From an uncultured Dehalococcoidia bacterium (GTDB taxonomy: Bacteria; Chloroflexota; Dehalococcoidia; Lucifugimonadales; Australimonadaceae), in contig CAYMJY010000004.1 in the NCBI GenBank assembly GCA_964391355.1, positions 1 to 45,073 of the forward strand: a DNA stretch of 45,073 bases. The letters are read 5' to 3'. Positions 37,939 to 45,073 of the stretch are shown here, in pieces. Numbering within the stretch: position 1 is the first letter of the stretch; every line of letters starts with the position of its first letter. The position numbers and the translations under genes are program-made. The notes under the pieces were generated by a model. The model ran no database searches and had not been told where the DNA came from. It worked only from the letters and a program-made list of their open reading frames with translations.

Positions 37939-38739
37939 ATGACGAACATGTCTGATGCGCTCACCGGCTATATAACAAGCACAGGGTTGATGAAAACTTC
38001 TAATGCCCAATATGCACAAAAGGAGTTACATCGCTTTGGTCGCTCAATTGGGTGGAATCGCCTAGTAGCGTCTTTAGCACCTCCTGAAATAGCTAGCTAT
38101 GCCGAAAGCGTTATTTCTGCAGGTGGTGATATTTCAGGAAGGTTGGGTTTCATTAAAGATTTTCTATCGTACTTGAAAAAACATGGCCTTTCCTCTCATT
38201 CTCTTGCGCCTCATGTGAAGATCCCTAGAGCTGCGTCTCAAGCAGCTGCGGCAATTAGCTCTAAAAATAACGAGACTATTCAGATTACCCCAGATGGACA
38301 TGCTTCAATGCTGAGTGAACTTGAAGGGTTGAAAAATCAAAGGGGCCCTATTGCTGAAACAATTGGCATAGCTCGATCGGATGGTGACATCTCTGACAAT
38401 GCGCCACTTGAAGCTGCAAGAGAGTTGCAAGTCAACACTGAAAGCAGAATCAGAGAGTTAGAAGAAATGCTACGTAGGAGCGTTGTTCTAGACCAAACCC
38501 GCCCTTCGGGTAAAGCTATCTTCATCAAAATAGGAAGTAAAGTCGAACTGATTGACGAGGAGTCTGGCAAAGCTACCTCTTACACTCTTGTTGATTCCGC
38601 TGAAGCTGATCCCAGCCTAGGGAAAATTTCCGTGGCATCTCCTGTAGGGAAAGCTGTAATGGGTCAAAAACAGGGACAAAGTATCAAAGTTCAGGCTCCT
38701 AAAGGTGAACGTCACTATCGAGTCAAATCTATTTCTTAA
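37939..38739 (+). CDS. greA: GreA/GreB-family elongation factor with extra N-terminal helical domain
   Basis: C-terminal half has ITPDG..ELE.LK, GDISDN, IGSKV, GKISVASPVGKA, VQAPKG. The ATG at 37939 follows SD AGGA. Confidence 0.85.
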   Translation: MTNMSDALTGYITSTGLMKTSNAQYAQKELHRFGRSIGWNRLVASLAPPEIASYAESVISAGGDISGRLGFIKDFLSYLKKHGLSSHSLAPHVKIPRAASQAAAAISSKNNETIQITPDGHASMLSELEGLKNQRGPIAETIGIARSDGDISDNAPLEAARELQVNTESRIRELEEMLRRSVVLDQTRPSGKAIFIKIGSKVELIDEESGKATSYTLVDSAEADPSLGKISVASPVGKAVMGQKQGQSIKVQAPKGERHYRVKSIS

Positions 38740-38747
38740 GGATCGCC

Positions 38748-39791
38748 ATGGCCGTTCCTGACATTCTCCGGCCGATACTGGGATTCCATTTGTATCGCTT
38801 TATTCTCCGCCCTTTTTTGTTCTTACTTAGCCCTGAATCCGCTCAGGCAATGGCTGGTTTCGCTCTGAGGATAAGGCCCCTTTGGCAGTTCCATAGAATC
38901 ATGACTAGGGTTGATTCAAAGTCACTAACAACACCTATGGGGGGATTTGAGGTTTCCAATCCCATAGGTTTAGCCGCAGGGTTCGACAAGAATTTGGAGT
39001 TTTTGAATAGCCTTGCGGATATGGGGTTTGGGTATTTAGTATGCGGCACAATTACTCTGGAACCCAGAAATGGAAACCCAAAACCAAGATTGTTAAGAAA
39101 TGTAAAGCGAAATTCACTTATTAATTCTTTAGGCTTCCCCGGACAAGGACTTAATTCAGCAGTTAGCAGGCTAACTGCCTATACTCACTCAGGGTATGTC
39201 ACTCCTGTGATTGTGAGCATCGCTGCTTTAAACGAGCAAGACACCCTATACTGCCACGAGACTCTTCAGCCCATGTGTAGTGCAATAGAATTAAATATAA
39301 GTTCTCCTAACACAGAGGGCGTCCGCGTGTATCAATCGAAAAATAATCTTAAGAATTTGCTCGAGAAATTAAACGACTCACGCAGCAAGCCATTATTCGT
39401 TAAATTACCCCCTTGGACCGACGATGCTTCCCGAGAGCAAGTACTATCGCTTGTTAAGGTTTGCAAAGAGACAGGTGTGACAGGTGTAACAGCATTTAAC
39501 TCACTACCAGTTAATTGTCCTAGTCTCGCGATAGGTAAGGGAGGTTTAAGTGGCAAACCATTATTTGAAGACATGATAGATTCACTGCCCTTGATTAGGT
39601 CCGAGCTAGGTTCTAATGCCATAATCAATGCATGCGGCGGTATCTCTTCATCCAATGATGTGATATCTGCGATAAATGCTGGTGCTAATTCTGTACAAAT
39701 CTACACTTCTATCATTTTTGAAGGTCCTGGCTTAGTTAATTCAATTATCCGCGACTTAGACACTTATCTCACAGAGGCAAGAAATGGCTAA
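38748..39791 (+). CDS. pyrD: dihydroorotate dehydrogenase, quinone-dependent (class 2)
   Basis: NPIGLAAGFDKN, GNPKPRL, LNISSPNT, FVKLPP, GGLSG, N-terminal membrane helix. Confidence 0.93.
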   Translation: MAVPDILRPILGFHLYRFILRPFLFLLSPESAQAMAGFALRIRPLWQFHRIMTRVDSKSLTTPMGGFEVSNPIGLAAGFDKNLEFLNSLADMGFGYLVCGTITLEPRNGNPKPRLLRNVKRNSLINSLGFPGQGLNSAVSRLTAYTHSGYVTPVIVSIAALNEQDTLYCHETLQPMCSAIELNISSPNTEGVRVYQSKNNLKNLLEKLNDSRSKPLFVKLPPWTDDASREQVLSLVKVCKETGVTGVTAFNSLPVNCPSLAIGKGGLSGKPLFEDMIDSLPLIRSELGSNAIINACGGISSSNDVISAINAGANSVQIYTSIIFEGPGLVNSIIRDLDTYLTEARNG

Positions 39792-40125
39792 AGGTGCTTC
39801 TTCAAAACCTCCCAATCATCACATTCAGGCTTTAGAAGAATTAACTGAAAAAATTGCGGCTACTACCGTGATGGCGCAAATGTATATAGAGTTACAAGAT
39901 TACCCTCTAAGGCTGATGCGTCAACTAATCACAGAGTATAAACGGAGGCAGACATCCGTTCCTGACCATTCTTTAGATCTCTCTCCCCTTTTAGGAGAAA
40001 CTGCGTTGAGATCGTTAGTAGAATCGGGTTTAGCCGAAAGAGTAGACGATTCGCCATATGCGATTCATACCTACATCCCCACCACGGAAGGTATTCGATT
40101 AGGCAGTTCATTACTCGGAACTTGA
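39784..40125 (+). CDS. hypothetical protein, possible winged-helix
   Basis: Overlaps the pyrD stop by 8 nt; ALRSLVESGLAE...YIPTTEG resembles a wHTH recognition helix and wing. Confidence 0.65.
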   Translation: MAKGASSKPPNHHIQALEELTEKIAATTVMAQMYIELQDYPLRLMRQLITEYKRRQTSVPDHSLDLSPLLGETALRSLVESGLAERVDDSPYAIHTYIPTTEGIRLGSSLLGT

Positions 40126-41130
40126 TTCTTGTGCAATTGGACGTGTGATTTCGATAAATCCTTGCCCCAAAACACGTTTCTGTTCATCCATTACCTCAAC
40201 TGCACTCTCCCAATATTCTATTCCTAACGCTTTACTTCTAAATTGGGAATGTTGGATCAATGGTGTCAAAATCAATTCCAATTTTGATTCAGGAATTTTT
40301 AGTACCCAAACATTTTCATTGTTCTGAAGTAAACGTCCAAATGAAAACTGACCTTGAGAGAGGTGAGTGAAATCAGCACCTAGAGACAAACTTCCATATT
40401 CATCAACTTCTGAATTATCAGAATCAAGTATTCTGGCAACCATGATATTTGTTCCGTCGTAAAGCTGAACGTTCGCCCAATCCCAGCCAATTAACGAAGG
40501 TTTGAAATTCCCCCACTGTTTGTCCATCCATCCAAGGCCTGAAACCTGAACTGCCACTCCCTGATCATTCACGATCGCACCCTCAGCTTTTAGCCGTGGT
40601 CTGGAATAATAATAACTGGGGCCAGCAGGCCCTAACTGAACTATACCTTCATTCCCATGGAGTATCGGATCAGTGTAGCTAGTTAGAGTAAGGTGCAATT
40701 TCGATTCTCCGAAGCTAGATTCTAAACTGTATGAATTACCATTAATCCCAGCTATGGACCAATCAAATAGATTAAAGTCAAAACCATTGTTAGTTTTCAA
40801 GGGAAGGCTTGGTAGAATTTTTATTTTTTCAGTAGTCAAATAAGTTTCCAGTTCGACATCAGCTAATGCACCTTGAGCTACATATAGCGTTCTACCGCTA
40901 CTGACTTCATGTATTTGGAACAAAACCTGGTGGAGTGCCCAACGTTTATGAGGATGCTCATTAGCTGTAAGGTGCACATTGAAATACCACCATTCTGTTT
41001 GTGAATTGTGTAAGGCTTCATCATCGGGCAAAGTAAGAGGTCGATAGCTCTCTTCGACCTGATTTGCCAAGCAACCGCAAAACACTAAAACCACTGAAAG
41101 CAGGCATAGATATAAGGCGGGGATTTTCAC
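40111..41130 (-). CDS. AttH/CrtC-like lipocalin-fold protein, probable lipoprotein
   Basis: EWWYF, YYYSRPRL, GWMDKQWG, GWDW, YWE; signal peptide ending in FCGC. Confidence 0.82.
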   Translation of the reverse strand: MKIPALYLCLLSVVLVFCGCLANQVEESYRPLTLPDDEALHNSQTEWWYFNVHLTANEHPHKRWALHQVLFQIHEVSSGRTLYVAQGALADVELETYLTTEKIKILPSLPLKTNNGFDFNLFDWSIAGINGNSYSLESSFGESKLHLTLTSYTDPILHGNEGIVQLGPAGPSYYYSRPRLKAEGAIVNDQGVAVQVSGLGWMDKQWGNFKPSLIGWDWANVQLYDGTNIMVARILDSDNSEVDEYGSLSLGADFTHLSQGQFSFGRLLQNNENVWVLKIPESKLELILTPLIQHSQFRSKALGIEYWESAVEVMDEQKRVLGQGFIEITRPIAQESSSE

Positions 41131-41223
41131 ACTTGCTCTCTCTTTTATGCTTTATTTCCGTTTAGATATTTTAAGTAAAAGAATAACAAACCCTCTGGAA
41201 GTTTAAAGGCGTAGAAGCGTGGG

Positions 41224-41253
41224 TGGACAATTTCATTGAATTAGGCATAAAAT
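41224..41253 (+). promoter_or_regulatory. promoter of nusA operon
   Basis: TGGACA-N18-TAAAAT. Confidence 0.55.
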
Positions 41254-41263
41254 ATAGGCGTAT

Positions 41264-41287
41264 AGAGTGGGCATGTGCCCACTCTTT
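41264..41287 (+). terminator. rimP-leader-type attenuator hairpin in nusA 5' UTR
   Basis: AGAGTGGGCA-TG-TGCCCACTCT-TT perfect inverted repeat with a GGGC/GCCC core just after the predicted TSS. Confidence 0.7.
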
Positions 41288-41338
41288 CGTTGTTAAAATT
41301 ATACTGATTTGGCTTAAACGCCAGGAGGCGCGATCCAA

Positions 41339-42913
41339 ATGAAAAGCGACTTTCTTATTGCAGTTACCCAATTGGCAGCTGAGCGAAACCTGCCCAGAGA
41401 TATGGTTTTATCGGCAGTCGAAGCCGCATTAGTATCTGCCTACAAAAAAAATGGTGCCCCAGGGACCGGCGACATTAAGGTGAATCTTGATCCAAATACG
41501 GGAGATGTATCCGTGTTTCAGCTCAAAACCGTCGTGGAAATCATAGAGGACGAAGAGACTGAATTAACACTGGAACAAGCAAAGAAGCTACAGCGCTCAA
41601 CTAAACCACAACTTGGTGATGTGATTGAATTCTTGATGGAACCACAAGAAGCAGGCAGGATTGAAGCTCAAACGGCCAAGCAAGTAGTGATTCAACGTTT
41701 ACGAGAAGCTGAACGAGAATTGGTTTTTACAGAGTTTGCAGAAAAAGAAAGTGAAGTTTTCACCGGCACCGTTCAGCGAAGTGAAGCGCGTTATGGTGGA
41801 CCTGTCACTCTAGACTTAAACGGCCGAGCCGAAGCTGTCTTGCCCCATGAGGAACAATCACCCTATGACAGATATCGACCCGGCGTGAAAGTTAAAATAA
41901 TGATTCTTTCAGTCGACAGGACCAGTAGGGGACCAGAGATAATTGTTACCAGAGCCCATCCCGACTTACTCCGTCGTTTATTCGAAATGGAAGTACCAGA
42001 GATTTACAACGGAGTAGTCGAAATCCGTGGGATATCAAGGGAAGCTGGCTCAAGAAGCAAAGTTGCCGTATTTGCTAAACAAGAAGGCGTTGATCCTGTA
42101 GGTGCATGTGTGGGATTGAGGGGAATACGAATCCAAAACATAGTAAATGAACTGCAGGGTGAAAAAATTGATGTTATTCAATGGTCGCGAGATCCTGCAG
42201 TGTTTTTAAGCAATGCGCTTAGCCCTGCACAACCCCTAAAAGTGGAAATTGATGAAATTGAACAAACAGCTTCGGTGGTTGTTCAAGACCGACAACTTTC
42301 ATTGGCGATCGGTAGAGATGGCCAAAATGCCAGATTAGCTGCAAAGCTCTGTGGCTTAAAGGTAGATATCAAGAGTTCAACCGAAATCGAAATTGAGCGG
42401 ATGAAACAAGATATAGAAGGCGCGGTAGCTAAGCAAGAAGCTGAATCTCAAGTTTCAGAAACTGGGGAAAGTGTGAAGGCGGACAAGCCTATAGTTTCTG
42501 CTGTCGAAGTACCCTTGCAACCAGTAGAGATTGATGATTCAGTTTCTGGTGAAGAAACCATCTTACTGGCTCCTGAATTAGAGAATGAGATCGCCGAAAT
42601 TGTTGAGCCTGGGGACTCGGAAGAACTCTTGTCAAAATTATCTGGCTCTCAAAGCGCTGAGGAAATATTAGCACTTGAGTCTTTAGATATAGAAGGCTCA
42701 GAGGTTCTGCAAACTACCGAGGAGGTAGTTGAAGAGGTAGTTGAAAATTCTGAAGAAGATATATGGGTAGTGCCAGATGTTAATGCCACTGCTAATTCGG
42801 GTCTGAGGTTTGCTGAAGATATTTTAGACAACGATGAAGGTTCATCCCGAGGCTCGGGCCGGAAACGTACAAAACGGAAAACAAATAACCGCACAAACCG
42901 TCAGCAGAATTAA
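41339..42913 (+). CDS. nusA: transcription termination/antitermination factor NusA with long acidic C-terminal extension
   Basis: [44 protein letters not shown]; SD AGGAGG. Confidence 0.97.
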   Translation: MKSDFLIAVTQLAAERNLPRDMVLSAVEAALVSAYKKNGAPGTGDIKVNLDPNTGDVSVFQLKTVVEIIEDEETELTLEQAKKLQRSTKPQLGDVIEFLMEPQEAGRIEAQTAKQVVIQRLREAERELVFTEFAEKESEVFTGTVQRSEARYGGPVTLDLNGRAEAVLPHEEQSPYDRYRPGVKVKIMILSVDRTSRGPEIIVTRAHPDLLRRLFEMEVPEIYNGVVEIRGISREAGSRSKVAVFAKQEGVDPVGACVGLRGIRIQNIVNELQGEKIDVIQWSRDPAVFLSNALSPAQPLKVEIDEIEQTASVVVQDRQLSLAIGRDGQNARLAAKLCGLKVDIKSSTEIEIERMKQDIEGAVAKQEAESQVSETGESVKADKPIVSAVEVPLQPVEIDDSVSGEETILLAPELENEIAEIVEPGDSEELLSKLSGSQSAEEILALESLDIEGSEVLQTTEEVVEEVVENSEEDIWVVPDVNATANSGLRFAEDILDNDEGSSRGSGRKRTKRKTNNRTNRQQN

Positions 42914-42916
42914 CTG

Positions 42917-43252
42917 TTGCCTATGGTTCAGAAAGAGGAAAGATTGCGAAATAAGCACGTGCCAATTCGCAGTTGCGTTACCTGTAATTCCAAATCAACA
43001 AAGCGTTATTTGTACCGCCTTGTCCGGACAGAGGATGATCAAGTTGTTTTTGACGAAACGGGCAAAATGAATGGTAGGGGGGCTTATTTGTGTGACGATA
43101 AGAAGTGCTGGGAGAAGGCTATTTTAACTGATCGCCTGTCCAAGGCCTTAAAAACGAGTATAGATCCTTCTAATGCTGCCGCACTATTTTCATCCATAGG
43201 CTCATCAATAGTTTTACAAAAACAGGCTAGCGAAAGCTCATGGAGAACATAA
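42917..43252 (+). CDS. ylxR: YlxR/RnpM (DUF448) RNA-binding protein
   Basis: KHVPIRSCVTC, GRGAYLC, KALK; canonical position between nusA and infB. Confidence 0.92.
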   Translation: MPMVQKEERLRNKHVPIRSCVTCNSKSTKRYLYRLVRTEDDQVVFDETGKMNGRGAYLCDDKKCWEKAILTDRLSKALKTSIDPSNAAALFSSIGSSIVLQKQASESSWRT

Positions 43253-43255
43253 TTT

Positions 43256-45022
43256 ATGGTTAACCAAGACGAATCTACTCCAGCAACAAGAACAGTGGTT
43301 CTAAAACCGGTCCAGCTCCCAGAAATGGTCACTGTTGGGATGCTTGCTGAAAAGCTAGATGTAGACTCCGTACAGGTTATTAAGCTTCTAATGCGGGCTG
43401 GAATCTTTGCAAGTGTCAATGAAGTGATAGATTTCGAAACCGCGGCTTCAGTAGCTCGCCCACTAGGATATTCCGCTAAAAAAATCCTTGCTCCAGTTGG
43501 ATCTAAAGATATTGCAGTGTCCCCAGAGGATATAGCTAACCTTGTATCTCGTCCTGCCGTCGTGACCATATTGGGCCACGTTGATCACGGTAAAACATCT
43601 CTCTTGGATACTATCCGTAAATCTTCAATTGCAGAGGGTGAAGCCGGAGGTATAACTCAACATATTGGAGCTTATCAAGTTGAGCATGGGACTGAAATTT
43701 TAACGTTCATCGACACACCAGGGCACGAGGCATTTACTGCCATGCGGGCTAGAGGTGCGCAAACAACTGATATAGCTATCTTAGTAATAGCTGCAGATGA
43801 TGGTGTCATGCCGCAAACTGCAGAAGCCATAGACCATATAAAAGCAGCTAAAGTACCTATGATAGTCGCTATTAATAAAATCGATGTTATAGATTCTGAC
43901 CCCGAACGAATCAGGAGACAACTTTCTGAACGTGAGGTTTTAGTAGAGAAATGGGGCGGAGATACTCTAGACGTGGAGGTTTCAGCTAAAACTGGCACCG
44001 GCTTGGATGATTTACTTCAAACTATCCAGCTAGTAGCGGAAATGTCGGAACTGAAAGCAAACCCTAAACGTATGGCTATTGGTTCAGTTGTAGAAGCAAA
44101 GCTCGATAAAAGTAGAGGCCCTGTTGCTACCGTCTTAATACAAACGGGAACACTGAAAGTCGGTGAAACTATTGTAGTTGGTGCATCAAAAGGCAAAGTT
44201 AAAGCGCTGATAGACTCTAATGGGTCTAGAGTATCTGAAGCTGGGCCTTCTATGCCTGTAGAAGTTCTTGGAATTAGTGATCTACCAAGTGCTGGTGATC
44301 GTTTGGTTGCAGTAAGTGATGATCGTTCAGCCCGAGAAATTGTTGCGGAAAAGATACGGCTCGATGAAGAAAAACGGGGTGGGACTCTTCTAGAGCTAAG
44401 TTCACGAGCATCAACCTCAGGAACCGCACTTCACATTATTTTGAAAACTGATGTGGATGGTAGCGTAGACGCGGTGCAAAAAATACTTGGAGATATTGAA
44501 ACAACTGAGACTAGTATCAGAGTGATTCATGCTGCGCCGGGCACTGTCACAGAAAGTGACGTATTACTTGCTGCCGCTTCTGAAGCAATTATCCTCAGCT
44601 TCAACACTCGAACTGAGCCCGGTGCAAAAAAACTTGCAGAACAAGACGGTATCGAAATTAGGAATTACAGCATTATTTACAGATTGGCTGAAGATATAGA
44701 AAAGGCTTTGCTTGGTATGGCAGCACCAACTCTGCATGATGTTATTGAGGGTACACTAGAAGTTCGTGCTGTATTTGCTCTTAGCCGTGGACGTAATAGC
44801 GCGGGTTGTTTTGTCACCAACGGGCAGATTTCTAGAGGTTCCATGGCGCGCATAATGCGCGACGGGATTGAGATATTCGATGGTCCCATCAGTAGCCTTC
44901 GACGCTTCAAAGATGACGTAAGGCAAGTGTCTCAAGGGTATGAATGCGGTATCAGAATCGATGGATTCTCAGAATTTGTTGAAGGCGATATTATCGAATC
45001 TCATCGTCAAGAAAGTTTTTAG
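43256..45022 (+). CDS. infB: translation initiation factor IF-2 (short N-terminus)
   Basis: GHVDHGKT, GGITQHIGAY, DTPGHEAF, NKID, LRRFKDDV, GYECGI. Confidence 0.98.
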   Translation: MVNQDESTPATRTVVLKPVQLPEMVTVGMLAEKLDVDSVQVIKLLMRAGIFASVNEVIDFETAASVARPLGYSAKKILAPVGSKDIAVSPEDIANLVSRPAVVTILGHVDHGKTSLLDTIRKSSIAEGEAGGITQHIGAYQVEHGTEILTFIDTPGHEAFTAMRARGAQTTDIAILVIAADDGVMPQTAEAIDHIKAAKVPMIVAINKIDVIDSDPERIRRQLSEREVLVEKWGGDTLDVEVSAKTGTGLDDLLQTIQLVAEMSELKANPKRMAIGSVVEAKLDKSRGPVATVLIQTGTLKVGETIVVGASKGKVKALIDSNGSRVSEAGPSMPVEVLGISDLPSAGDRLVAVSDDRSAREIVAEKIRLDEEKRGGTLLELSSRASTSGTALHIILKTDVDGSVDAVQKILGDIETTETSIRVIHAAPGTVTESDVLLAAASEAIILSFNTRTEPGAKKLAEQDGIEIRNYSIIYRLAEDIEKALLGMAAPTLHDVIEGTLEVRAVFALSRGRNSAGCFVTNGQISRGSMARIMRDGIEIFDGPISSLRRFKDDVRQVSQGYECGIRIDGFSEFVEGDIIESHRQESF

Positions 45023-45038
45023 CCCAGCGAGATTGCCA

Positions 45039-45073
45039 TTGAAAACCCGAAGTAAGCGAATCGCTGGATTATT
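45039..45073 (+). CDS. rbfA: probable start of ribosome-binding factor A (truncated by window edge)
   Basis: TTG AAA ACC CGA... reads MKTRSKRIAGL, resembling the RbfA N-terminus (xRxxRVxxLI), in the expected position after infB. Confidence 0.55.
   Translation, partial: MKTRSKRIAGL

Noticed and set aside
43256-43560. Short IF-2 N-terminus
   Set aside because: N-terminal length varies widely among bacteria; not novel.

Overview
A 45-kb, gene-dense, mostly housekeeping segment from a Chloroflexota (Dehalococcoidia) bacterium. It is almost certainly SAR202 clade: the partial 16S gene at the left end exactly matches both SAR202 FISH probe targets as I recall them, and an F420-dependent LLM oxidoreductase is present. 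Core blocks are pdxS-pdxT-R3H/AAA-tmk-16S, rpsB-tsf-pyrH-frr-uppS-cdsA-dxr-rseP-ispG-DEAD helicase, proS, ybeY-dnaX-ybaB-recR, tag, recO, selD, ftsH, greA-like-pyrD and nusA-ylxR-infB-rbfA. A catabolic accessory stretch lies at about 17-29 kb. I found no CRISPR array, tRNA, transposase or prophage. The ORF track misses or hides several signals. (1) SelD is a selenoprotein, with an in-frame UGA16 and a SECIS-like hairpin; it sits upstream of a JAMM/Mec peptidase and is divergent from a small Cys/His protein. (2) The Gre factor carries an N-terminal domain resembling a XerC/D-type tyrosine-recombinase core-binding domain, and has a non-canonical acidic tip. (3) A GH63-fold protein has lost its catalytic carboxylates. 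(4) The tag gene appears to start at AUC. (5) A rimP-leader-type hairpin lies upstream of nusA although rimP is absent. All family calls come from motif recognition without database searches.
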